From assembly GCA_051362555.1 (NCBI GenBank), contig CM120646.1, positions 8,246,001 through 8,310,000 of the forward strand: 64,000 bases of DNA. Direction: 5' to 3'. A program made the position numbers and the translations under genes. This document shows positions 24,867 to 54,500 of the stretch, piece by piece (within the stretch, counting starts at the first letter, position 1; each line of letters starts with the position of its first letter). Below the pieces are notes generated by a model. That model had not been told where the DNA came from, did not search any database, and saw nothing but the letters and a program-made list of their open reading frames with translations. The DNA comes from Lingula anatina (Eukaryota; Animalia; Brachiopoda).

Positions 24867-27303
24867 GGAACTGAAATAGAAAACTGTAGCGTTTCTTCCA
24901 AACGGATCGTTTAATAAGACCCTTTAGATGATACCTGATAGCTCGAATATTACCTTAAAAGGGTTTATAAAATAATACATTTTTTTTTTAACTGCAGGCT
25001 TTTCTGGAAGACCCAAAACATCCACCAGAAGTATGGGCACACCACACTATCATAGATTTAATGCGACGCAATTTTGAGAGGGTTAGTCGCATCACCTTCA
25101 TACGTGCTATGAGGCAATTTGGCGTTTTCTTACCAGACCACGTTAATTCAGGGATAGGGCTAAAACTGAATTACGATGATACTAAGACAATAGGCATTGT
25201 AATGCCGAACAAGTTTTTGTATGGTGAAGAAAAGACAGTAAAAATTGCTGGTGGGTACTTATAAGTTTTTTTAGTCATGTATATATGTTTAATTTTGCTC
25301 GTCGACAATTTCATTCATTTTAATCAGCAAAATGGGGACTTAGCGCATTGTTTTATAATTTCTCAGAGGTCTGTTCTCTCTGAAATTGGCATTATTCCCA
25401 GCATTGTTTTAAAAAATCAACATTAGCTACAATCAGTTGGTTCACAAAAACGTCTAAGAAAGCCCTACTTAAACATGAAAGATTACCGTACTATTTTTTT
25501 GTTCCCATTTGGTATTGGCCTAATATTCCACCCAAATCACTTAAATCTGATGAGTTTATATCAATATTTATAAAATAATATAAAAAAAGATTTATGGTTC
25601 AGGACTGGAAGTGAAACTTCTCCACATTCCTGGGGAGACAGAAGACCAGATGGCGGTGTGGATTCCAGAAAAACGCGTCCTCTGTCCAGCAGACGATCTT
25701 TACCGAGCGTTTCCAAACCTGTACGCCATCCGCGGCACTCCGACGCGTGACTTACTGCACTGGGTGAACTCCCTGGATAAAATGAGGCACCTACGCCCTG
25801 AGTATCTCGTGCCTGCGCACACGAGGCCAGTATACGGTACGTAAATACAAATGTGGACGGAAGAGGTACTTCTGACATCTTTAATAAGCATACGGTCCGT
25901 GCGAAAAAATGCCTGCACGTGCCCTAACCCAACAATGTTAATGTCGATCCTAACGAAAATCTCTGTCACCTCTCATCCCTGTTATCTTGAATTTCAATTA
26001 TATATTAACAACTATGGCAGACAGAGGATCTAGAGGATATATTTCTGATGTTGAATTAATTACATGTTATTCGCCAATATGACTTAAGACTGATGAAAAT
26101 TAAATGTTTTAAATAGAGGGTTCCATCGGGTATTTTCGTTACCCGTAAAAGTCACGTTTTATTTCCCCCCGAGATGCGTGAAACGTTCATATCATGTAGG
26201 GTGGTCCGTGAGGCACCCCATTCCCGTGACTCGTGAATGGGGATTTTTATTCTTCGCTCTCCGTGAAACAAAGTCACAATACCAGGTGATTCGTGATTTT
26301 TGACTCTCATTATCAGTGAGATATGAACAATTTTTTTAATGTGATTTGTAGATTGATGTTTTATTTCCCGTGAACTGTGTGATCAAGTAATCTATCAAAT
26401 AATTTCTTCCACTTAAATTCAGGTGAACAAAACATATTTGACCTTCTCACCCTCTACAGAGACGCTATACAGTTTGTCCACGACCAAACCGTGCGATTTC
26501 TTAACAAGGGATTCCTTCCGGATGAAATAGTCGAGAAGGTTCAACTTCCCGCTAGGGTGGCAGATCATCCGTTTTTACTGGAGTTTTACGGAACAGTTGG
26601 GTGGTCTGTGAAGGGGGTTGTCAATTCTTACATGGGATGGTTCAGCGGTGACCCTGTTGACCTCTTACCTTTGACACCAAAAGCTCGTGCGGAGCGGATT
26701 GTCAGGTTGGCTGGGGGAGTGGATTCAGCTTTGACAGCTGCTCAAAAAGCTCTGGATGAAGAAGACAACCAGTGGGCCTTGGCGTTATCAGCAGATGTAT
26801 TTAGACTGTATCCCGAGAACAGAAAAGCAATGGATATAAAAATTCAAGCTATGAAAAGGCTGGCAGAAGTACAGACGAGTTCAAATGGCAGAAACTACTA
26901 CCTTACCTACGCCTTGGAAGACGCGGGTGCGCTAACGATCCATCCTCGCAAAGATTCGCGAGAATCTATCATCCGGAAAGCCCCACTCGGGTACCTTTTC
27001 GAAGCAATGAAAGCTAAATTGAAAGCAGAGGAAGCGGCAGAGGTCAACGCTTCTTTGGCGTTCATATTCACTGACATAAATAAAAATTTCACACTGCACA
27101 TCCGAAATTCAATACTGGACGTGGTCCAAGGAGAATCAGAGGAGTGGACGCATAGAGTGACGACAACTAGCGCCGTCTGGCGGGACATTTTGGCGGACAA
27201 GAGAAGTGCGCTGGCAGTCATTGCTACTGGGGAGCTGTCAGTGGAAGGCGGCGTTCTTGGCTTTAGGAACATCATGGATTTGTTTGAAAAAGACAAGGAT
27301 TAA
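23191..27303 (+). CDS. Alkyl/aryl sulfatase of the metallo-beta-lactamase fold (SdsA1/BDS1/YjcS-like) with N-terminal membrane anchor, 5 exons, 586 aa
   Basis: Exons 23191-23376, 24553-24759, 24998-25250, 25603-25836, 26423-27303 (1761 nt). Motifs GYALANSILIE, IYTHNHADH (HxHxDH), PGETEDQ, FPNLYAIRGTPTR, LVPAHTRP, VHDQTVRFLNKG, EFYGTVGWSVKGV..YMGWFSGDP and NGRNYY. C-terminal SCP2-like domain. Hydrophobic LVIRIVLGILVAYFVY at the N-terminus. Confidence 0.9.
23505..23552. repeat. (CA)n microsatellite
   Basis: Directly visible. Confidence 0.85.
24309..24373. repeat. (TTA)n microsatellite
   Basis: Directly visible. Confidence 0.85.
24776..24864. repeat. (CT)n(AT)n compound microsatellite
   Basis: Directly visible, ~15 nt after the sulfatase exon 2 donor. 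Confidence 0.9.
26115..26385. mobile_element. Degenerate MITE-like remnant with repeated (C/T)CGTGA motifs
   Basis: At least seven CCGTGA/TCGTGA/GCGTGA motifs in ~270 bp of an AT-rich intron. Termini are not clearly resolvable. Confidence 0.35.
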
Positions 27304-28586
27304 CATTGCAGACCTCATCTGAAAATCATTAAATAAGAAAGTTTCTTATACTGCGCTTGGAGGAAATATGCATCTGTACATTTACAGCATTGCTGCATTC
27401 AATTGATTTTTTGAATGATATTTTAGATAAAAGGAAAAATTGACCTAAATAATCAAGCAAATAATAATAAAATAATATAATAATAATAAGACACTAAATC
27501 ATCCATGTATTTTTTATTTTACATTTGTTGTCAGTGAAAAAATATCTATCTACATTTTCCAACCTTGACATTATACTCATCCTTAATCTTAATCTTAGTA
27601 AAAAAAAATCTTAACAAGTTTATGATTGGGCATCATATAAAGGTAGACACTAATTTCTAAAACTGTCTTTTAAAAGCATTAAAATTAAATTGCAATATTT
27701 ACATTTATGTCAGTGTACATACTTCTAAAATAGAATTGTCTACACATTAATAAAGAAGCTTTCTAAACCCTTTTCTGGTCCTTAAAACAACAGATGGCCC
27801 CAGAGCATATCAGCAAGTGTATATAATCACATTTTTTCCACAATATACATATATTCATGTAAAATGTGTACCTTTCAAATGTTTTTTAAAACATAATATG
27901 GACAATTGTTACATACATAGCTTTGCCAATACTTGGAATGTGCTTCAAAAAAAGTCTACTTGTGTGTAAATTTCATATTTTGTGAAGCTGTATCTGTACA
28001 CTGAATTATACATGTTAACAAGTAGCTGTTGTACAGCTAGTATGACACTGTTCCTGCTGATCCCATAAATATCAACTACAATCTAATGGAAGAGTATTAA
28101 TATACACTACATAGCACTAAAAGCACTGTAAATCCAGATCTTGGGTATACCAATATGTAAAGGGGAGGGAGACTAATTTATGGTACAAAAAGCTAAAAAA
28201 TATGACTGATAAGATGTAAAGCAAATTTTTTACACTGCTCAGACTTCAATGTTCTCATTTACAGATAAAGAAATATGTACAGAATATAGATTACTCATTT
28301 GTCACTCCTTAAAAGACAAAAGAAAATAATTTTACCAGAAAATGAATTTGGACTATATTTGTTTTAAAAAAATGTCAGAGAAATGTTTGTCAATGGCAGT
28401 GGCAATTTGCACAACACAGATGGACAGAGTCAACTTGTTTAACCTCAACTAAATCCTTATTTGTACACTTAAAGTGTGAACTCATACAGTCTTTCTAATT
28501 CAAAACAGCTGAAAAAATGAAAACGTATCAAAATGAGAAAAAAACTGACCAATAACACAAGAGAGCAAAAACTAGACAGCAGAGTC

Positions 28587-45830
<17,244 letters not shown>

Positions 45831-46809
45831 TCTTGTCTCTCTCAAAGGTGCGCCATTAACGTCCCCGCTGATCACGTGACCCGGTCTTAACTGAGTCATT
45901 CAAGACGGATCACAGTCCCATTCACTATTTTGAATAATACGAGCTCTCTGTGCTCTTTGGTAAAGCAATGCACAATGATTTAACTTTTTAAATTGTTACA
46001 ATATGAAATATTTTACTTTTTGTTATTTCTGTTTGGTAAAAAACCAACCTGGCTTACTGTGAGTCAGTTGACTGGTGCTACCCCTAGTGGGAACTATGCG
46101 TATTAAGACTGGCGTTGTTTTGAAGCGACCCGCATCTTCAGGTCATTCGAATAAGTTCGTAAACACACAACCATCCTCTCGGCCTCAATTAAAATTTTAA
46201 TCAGGTTGTAGCTACCCAGTGGATTTCATATATCCTAAAATAATGAATTTTGTTTTGAATTTTGATATTTACCACAGAAACACTTCCATCGTTTCACAAC
46301 CTAGGTATGCGATTTATGAATAATGAATTGAATAAAATGAATGTCTTCCTGTGTACATATACACTCATTCTCTCTATACAAAGGTCCATTTAAAATTTTT
46401 TAAATTAAAAGTAAGCGAGTAGAAGAATTCTTTGTCCAAGTGGAACTTAACTTCCACCAGTCCACCAACTTAAAGAATAAAAAAATTACGATATTTTTTT
46501 CTGTTTTCACACAAAAAACATAGACTGACTAAAGTTTAAACCTTCTTTATTGTCGCTCACAGCATCATCTCACATTCTCCAATCGCTCTGGATCATTTTT
46601 ACTAAAGTAGAAATTCAGCAACTTGTCAAGCAGCGAGTCTGATATCTAACGTCTCAGGTAGTGTCTCAGGTAGTGTCTTGAATGCTTATTTTAAATTACT
46701 CAATAAAAAGCTTGTGGCTACTTAAGCGGTGTGGACGGGTTTTTAAAAATTGAAAAACTTTCGTTATTTTTTTTTTATTTTTATTATTATTATTTTTTTT
46801 TTGCACGGG

Positions 46810-46841
<32 letters not shown>

Positions 46842-47380
46842 TTTTTTTTTTTTTTGTAATATTTTAGCTGTTGATAAAATCATCATTTCAGTTATATCCA
46901 TTATAAGCAAGATGATATGGTGACGATATGGTGAGAGTCATGAAACATCGCAAAAACTGCATTCTCAAAGAGAGTAATTTTCAAAACCTTCGTTGCTAGG
47001 GATTGTGAAAAATATACTTGAAGTTAAGGACAAAATGTGTCAGTAAAATAAACGTGCACCTCTTAATACCCCTTTAGTAATAATAATTCGCGAATATTAT
47101 CCAAAAGGTTATTTTAAAAACTCTTGTTACCAAAAAGGTTAAAACCTTCGTTACTATGGGATTTTCAGATTTTCATTGATTTAAACAAAAAGCTAGATTT
47201 AACTTCATTTTTCACTTTTCTGTTTTTCTTCATATGGACCTATGAAATGAGAATGAGTTCTAGACCTATTGCCTCCTACGGTCATACGTTACAAAAGTAA
47301 ACCCTCTCTTAAAAATTCCTCAGTGTCCTTTTTCTTTATTTTTTTCTTTTGTGCTTACGTATGGAACTTCTTGTCACCCC

Positions 47381-47514
47381 TACCCTCTACCAGGGCCGCC
47401 GTTATTATGTGGACATTTTATCTGAGGCGAGTACAGAGAATAACCGTGGATTTAAGCAGAGACATGTCCGTGAATATCTAGTGAAAAATCAATCTGTAGC
47501 CATGATAGCGGGTA
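47381..47514 (+). mobile_element. ~135-bp MITE family A, copy 2
   Basis: TACCCTCTACCAGGGCCGCCGTTATTATGTGGACATTTT ... TGATAGCGGGTA (degenerate right TIR). Confidence 0.72.
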
Positions 47515-48184
47515 GTCATCCCCCCCCCCCCCCCCTCCTCTTTAAGCAAAATCATTTCTTTTCCCTATGCAGTTTTGATTAAATACGTTGTCTACAATGT
47601 TCTTCAACTCATCTAGCACAATCGTCGCAAGGTACATCGTTTTAAACCTCAACTAACACAATTGGGACTAACAACACCTAAAGCCCGCTAGTACACAGAA
47701 TACGTTTTGCTGGTTTATTTATATTAGTAAGTTTTAACTCTCAGATAAATGTGGATTAGCCCTTATTATACATTGATCATTTTTCGACAACAACAACAAC
47801 AACAAAAAAAAGAATATCTATTCATATCAACGACCCACTGTATCTTTTTAAAACATATCTTAGTGAAAAACTTTTTTTACTTACAGGTCTACCTTAACTA
47901 CATAACCAAATATAGTGTGTGTCGACTACAATTGGAAATTACAGCTCTCACTACAAGGTAGCTGATAAAAGTTAAACATAACTTAAAAGTTAAAATAAAA
48001 CAATTTTGTCATTCTAGAACCAGTTAAAAATTTGTATTTATTGAAATGGCATTGTGTTGAAAGAAAACGTCTTTACAGAGGTAGTTTAATTGCACCAGAC
48101 ATGTACAGACACAAACCACAAAATGCGAAAGAAATCAAAAAGTTACAAAAGTTACTCTCCTACCGTGTCAGAGTTCCTTAGCTC

Positions 48185-48256
48185 TGCCGTGACCAGGATT
48201 CGAACCTGGGTTGTCTCGGCCACAACGAGAAGTACTAACCACTATACGATCACGGC
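48185..48256 (-). tRNA. trnH-GUG: tRNA-His (anticodon GTG)
   Basis: Minus strand reads GCCGTGATCGTATAGTGGTTAGTACTTCTCGTTGTGGCCGAGACAACCCAGGTTCGAATCCTGGTCACGGCA. Perfect 7-bp acceptor, 5-bp anticodon (TCTCG/CGAGA) and 5-bp T stems, A and B boxes, and T4/T5 runs ~35-50 nt downstream. G-1 is not encoded, as usual for eukaryotes. Confidence 0.97.
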
Positions 48257-49780
48257 TTGAGTGAGAGGTGGTGAAATAGAGCTTTGTTAAATTTAAAATT
48301 GCATAAAACCTAAAATTTAAGTGCTAGGACAGGTCAAGCAATGACCCGCGTGAAGAAGAAAGTTGTTGATTTTTTTTTTTTTTATCTTGAATTCTAGTTG
48401 GCGCGAAAACGCCAGATAGGATACCTATAAACTTAAATGCACAACTCAACTAAGCTCCTTTTTAGATAGCATATATATATATATATTTAGTACCGTGGTC
48501 ATTAAAACCTAATATGTTCGCGGTATAGTAACATGTTTTTGTAAGCATAGGCCTACCTTTTTAAGGTTCTGTTTGATTTATTTTGACACGAAACATTCAC
48601 AACATGCAGGGCATTAATCAAATAATTTTACTTTATATCTCCAAGCAGTTTTTCGGTTCGTACCCCTTACACTTCTCTTTACCGTTCTCGAATTTACTAA
48701 TACAGCCAGTCTTGTTCATGTAGGGGTCAAAATGAGACCAAAAGACTAAGTGATGCTTCAGATTCAGAAATTCAGAAAAAAAACATGTTAGATAATGTCG
48801 TCATTTGCTTGACGTGACTTACTTCACAGTCTAAATCAACCCTGATGAGTGAAGAACTTTATTGCTTTTGAACAGATTTAAGGCCTCTCAAGGTATGGAT
48901 TAGTAATGAGGACCCGACACAATCGTCTTTCATTACACTCGTGAACGCTTGGCGCGAAGTTGCGCCGAGAGCTACGTATTCTAGCAGACGATCTTAGTTA
49001 CAGACCGCACAGCTCCGTCTGCTCGGGCGCGACCGATACGTTTAATGACAGTGCAACATGACGGGAGTTATGAACATTATGAGCTGACACACATGAGAAG
49101 TGAAGCTCAGAGTAAGCGATTGTAGCCTGCCAAATGATCGCTCCGACAAGCAGCTTCCGGGGCTTTCATCAAATAGACTGGTAATAAAAAATTAATGTCT
49201 TTGTGCGACGGGCTCAATCAAAATGTCACCGCTCGATATCTATGGACCACTAGTAGGGCGTTATGATTGGAGCTTCTTGAATAAGCGTCCGAGGTTTAGA
49301 AAGCTGCAATGTGCATAAACAAATTTATTTCGGAAGATAAAAGAGAAAAATATGGGAATGGTCCGTCAAATTTATTGAACAGAGAGAAATTAATGAGAGA
49401 GAGTTTCAGTCAAAATATGTTTGAACGAGAAGTTTTCAGCCCTCGTCTTCTTAATGCACATCAATCTAAAAATGTTAAGGCAAGCACACATATTTTTCAA
49501 ATTTGATAAATGATATGCAAAAGACACACCTGCAAATAGATTTAAAAGTCCACTAATGATAAACGTTTTTTTTTGTGAAGACATTGACTTCCTTAAAAAG
49601 CAAGTAAACGTCTCGGTCATCATTGAATCACTCTGTTACGCTACTTATGGCATTTAATACTTAATGATAACAGAGTCTAGATCGGTCAGTTGTCATTGTC
49701 TGCTGGTCAACGCAGACACTCCAATATTAATAAGCTTAGAATCCTGTAAATGTGCAGCTTAGACCCACTAAACTGTTTTG

Positions 49781-49909
49781 TACCCTCTACCATGGCCATA
49801 GATAGATTTTTCACTATATACTCACAGATACCCCAGGAAGTCTCTGGTTATATTCTGTACCTCAACGAAAATGTCCACATAATAATAACTGCGGCCCTGG
49901 TAGAGGGTA
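49781..49909 (-). mobile_element. ~135-bp MITE family A, copy 3 (inverted)
   Basis: TACCCTCTACCA ... AAAATGTCCACATAATAATAACTGCGGCCCTGGTAGAGGGTA is the reverse complement of copies 1 and 2. Confidence 0.75.
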
Positions 49910-51504
49910 CAGTTACACCATAGCGTTCAGAGTGAGCTAGTTGTGTGTTCACACAACACTTTTTAAAATAAATAATAAATAAAGTTGTTTCCATTACATC
50001 GTAAAGAGACTATATCTCGGCGTGAGGCAATAAAATCGACTTTGGATTGATTACGTTCGCGGCTATTTGTAGAGTGATTTTATATCATTTGTCAAGCTGC
50101 ATCGGTACGTGTTATGCACTTTTAATGGTCTGCAAACTCTCAACATTTTATATTTTTTTCTTTTTGTTTCTGATCACCCTCCCATTCTCCAATGCCTTTT
50201 CATTTCCAAATCAATTTAAACCTTCAGGTGATATATCTTGGGTATAATTGTACTACAGCGGGGAACATTAGCCTCGGAATACAGTGACTGTACAGACATT
50301 TTCGGGTGGTGCTGCATTAAGACAGAAGCAAATCAATCATCTGGCTATTCTCATTGGGTAGTTGTAGTAACTTCTACACTCTCTTAGGTATATTGCTGAA
50401 ATATTATTAAAAACGTTTAATTTCAATTTTTGGTTGTATCAATGAGATTTACTCAACATTTTCTTTGTTTTTAGACAAAAAATTATTTATTCCACTGGGT
50501 CTTAATTTATTGATTTATTTAATTTTAATTAAATTTATTGAGCGTGCACCTGAACTCTGTTGGAGAGAGCGTAATTAAGTCACCTAGGTAAATCAATGTA
50601 TTTACCTTTGTGTATACAGAGGGACCTCTTCTTATAAGCCGATGAAATCAAAGATTAACTTTAGTCTAAGCCGCAACAGTAGTCAGCAGGGCACGTCGTT
50701 CGTCTTTAATCTGGATTGTAACGCGGCAGAATTGATTGACTAAAAAACTGAAAACTGTCGTATACAAGGAGAGGATTTGTTAATGATTGGACAGATTTTC
50801 ATCGTGGCATTTAGGAACTAACTTTGACAATTGAAATTTCGTTATACGTATCAGGACGAGTGAAAATATAGCAGACACAGCCTTTAATCACCTCACAAAG
50901 TGAAAAAAAAGCATTGCTCTGTGCGGTTATCAACTTGATATTGCTATATTCATACCTTCAAAGTGCACTTTAGAGACTCTCTGCAATGATTGTAGGTTAG
51001 GATTTCAGTAGATGGATTTTCATCGGGACAGTCTTTGTTTCTACGCACTAGATGTCACAGAGAAAAAAAAACTGCCATTTAAAACGCTGGTCATAAATTG
51101 ATAATAATTAAAAAGGCGACGAAAAACAGCAGCATTTCAGTACAGACGCGGACAGCAAACTTGGTTGCTGAATTTAGGCGGACGGAACTCGACTTGTTCT
51201 GGTCGTTAATCAAAATCTACTGTCCTGCAACACAACTACAAGAGGAACGAAACAAATACGTACAACCTGTGATATAGTGCAGGTGATTGAGGTGTAACTA
51301 AGTGCGGTGACTGGCAACGCCTAAGTAAAATCCTTAGCTCGTAAGGAAAGATCGCAGTGCAGTTTGAAAAATTGGTATATCTTTACATTTTTACGAAAAA
51401 AGAGAGCACTTGAAGAAAATCAGAGAGCGGCAATAACTATTGCAAATTCTTTGTGAAGATATTTGATTGTAAAAGGCTGTGCTCAACTCTATTAACGTCC
51501 AATA

Positions 51505-54500
51505 ATGACGACAGTGGCCACAGTATTAGCTCCCGGTCATTTCTACCCTACCAGAAAAGGTGCTGACCATTTGTCTCCAACCTACCAGTCCAGCGTCCTC
51601 CATACACCACTGAATACAAGACGTATAACGGCGTGCGACAAAAAGTAAGTTGTATTACTCTACTCTGTTATACATGTATAACAACTCTTAATTATATTAC
51701 TCTACCTGTGTCGAAAGTTAATACAGTGAAATATTATTTGACAGCCAATAGAGTTAATTATACGTTCTAATTAAAATAATTGTATCGTCTTCCAACAAAC
51801 ATTGTGTCCATTTTTAGTTTTTTTAATGTTGAAATCTTATTTAGAGTGACTGAATGTATATAAATATATATGGAAATCAATCTAAAGAGTGACACAGAAA
51901 ATGATACTGAATGTAATTTTCGTTTTGTTGGTCAGTTGGATAAAAAGGGTCCTTCAAAATCATATAATGACTTCATATATAGTTTTTCAACATGCCGAAT
52001 AAAAAAGTGCTTGAAAACAATTTACGTATATTCCAGTTTAACTTAATAAATCATTACGGTTGCAGACACCTTTTTCAGTCTTGAGCTTTTTACCTCAATG
52101 TGGTGTGAGTATTAATGACGCCACAGTTCATACGTATTTTGTTCCTAAATATCAGTGTATTTGTATAAAAAAACGATATTTTTTGTATTTTTATTTCATG
52201 ATTTAACGCAGTTGCAATTGTACATGGTACCTGAAAGGCATTGAAAAATCTACTTGAATAGAATTAAAATGCTTGATTTATTATTATTTTTTCCAGTTTT
52301 GAACGCCATCGATCAACATCAGTATGGGAGCCCAATACCCCTATGGGTATGGGCCGAGAGTACGGCGGCATGGGGCGCGTTAGTCTTCCAGATGAACACA
52401 GGCCCAAGTGTGAACCTCCCCCGCTTGTACAGAAGGGACATCAGCACTTTGGCTCGGGGATACACCCATTTCCAAGGTCAGTTAAAGATTCCCAGAAACT
52501 AGTAGTTTAAACAAAATTGGTAGATGAAAAAGGCCGAAATTATTATTTTATCGCCAAATAAAATAAAACATCTACCTCAAGGCAACAAAAAGGTCACTGT
52601 ATCTGGACCTTTTACACGGTTTGAGAAGGGTCCAAAACATACCACACTTTCTGCTTTTCTAAGATCTGTTTTTGTAACCTCTGTATCAAAACAAGGAGTT
52701 ATAAAGCTTTAACTTTATAGCCGAACAGGTGAAAACACTGCTATCAAAAACAATATTATTTGTCATATAAAAGGGGGGACACTATGATAACTTGAACCGC
52801 TTATATTTATTGTGAATCAACATACTCAGTTAATGCTCACATCTTAACAGAAAATGGAGAGTATTTATTTAAAAAGTCATAATAGCATGTTCCCATTATT
52901 CTCGGATAAAAATCTGCATTGCTTGATTTAATCAAAATAGTTCAAATAATCAATCTTTTGACCCCACACCATAGTAAAACTTTTCACCAATAAAATCAGG
53001 CGGTGCATTGGCGACCCTCCAATCAATACGCTCCGTGCATTCGTTACTTGGGTGTATTATTTACTCTAAATTAGCATGTGAAAACGCGCTTAGTTACCAC
53101 AACGCTACCAACCGAGATTCACTAGATGTAAACTCTGCTCACAAGGGAGACACACAAACCGGCTCCTAGGCAAGAGCCAAAGACAGTTACTTTTAGGTGA
53201 CTTTTGCCACCTTCATAGGAGCTCAGAATGACATCGATGAAGTTTTTCCCCAAAGTGGAGGTTATTCCCAGCGTACCTCCAGAATGGGGGACGGGAAAAA
53301 TGAAAGATGAAGATGAAAACATATGGGCCCCTCGAGGAGCAACCTGGCAATATCGGTGAGCTGTTGTAATGAATGGCCTGTTACTAAGGTGGAGACTGCA
53401 GGATTTTATCCAAGTCAGAGTGAATGACACTAATAATTAATTTTACCACTAATTAGGAAAATACATGTAATTAGGATTATATGTTTTATCTGTCATCTTA
53501 GATATGTGATCAATTTGTCAGCTGAATACAGAATCTGGCAGGCGTTGTAAGAGGCGGTTAATGCGTTAATGATATCGTAAAACTGTACGTAGGTATCATA
53601 GAAAACTATCAGACTGATTAAATACATTTTCTGTCTTAATCCATTCGATATTATATCCCCATTTATGACACCACAGGTCATCGATCATGTAGAGCATATT
53701 AACGTTATTAGGCATAATGAGACCTATTTGTGATCTACTGAGTATACTCAGACTTAACACGACTAATATATGTCATTGTCATTGAACTGTTGGCAGTATT
53801 TGTGACAGGTGTTATGAGGAGGTTAATATGGGTTGGGAGCTTTTAGCCTGTCTTTATCGCTTACATAATCATAATTTTTTGTTATGTGAAAATATTAATG
53901 TCTTGAAAGATGTGTGGCCTCCAATAAGACATATTAAAATGACTACATTATTATTATTTTTTTCAATTATTGTGCAATATTGTATCTTAATGTTTCAAAT
54001 GTGCACATATGGTTCTCAGCATGAACAATATCATAATATGATATTTGATTTTTCAACGAATCAACAGAATAACTATCTACAGGCCCGTAGCCAGCAATTT
54101 CAAAAGGGGGGTTCTTTTTCTGAAAAAGTGGACTTTTTTCAATAAAAAAATCATGAACTTAGATCAAATTTTACCCAGAGTGGACCTTTTCCCAGCAAAA
54201 GGGGCGGTTCTTTCGAACCCTCCGAATTCCCCCTGGCTACGGGCCTGATCTAGCTTTATTACCTCACCTTTATTGTTCAGAATATGCCAAAACAGCACAG
54301 TCATAAATTTCCCTGTGCAGTCAGGTCCAAATCACAGAGATTAGATTGTTTACTTTTGGTTAATATGCATACATCTCTTTTCAGAGGTCTTCCAATTGAA
54401 CAGTTTTATGACCTGACTAAGATTAAGAAGAGCAATGTCAGGTTGAATGATCAGCTGTAAGTATACACAGTCAGTTATAAAAACATATTTTATACTCAAA

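Noticed and set aside
26907-27296. 129-aa antisense ORF (also the antisense ORFs at 58115-58812 and 6332-7114)
   Set aside because: These are shadows of real coding exons or AT-rich intron read-through, with no independent motifs.
23191-27303. Bacterial contamination as the source of the sulfatase
   Set aside because: The gene has four canonical spliceosomal introns with microsatellites and is contiguous with clearly animal genes.
46075-46092. CTCF-like site CCACTAGGGGTAGCAC
   Set aside because: It mismatches the core GGC, and a single imperfect motif is not enough.
48841-48885. CTGATGAG as a possible hammerhead ribozyme core
   Set aside because: No stem II followed by GAAA and no consistent stems I/III.
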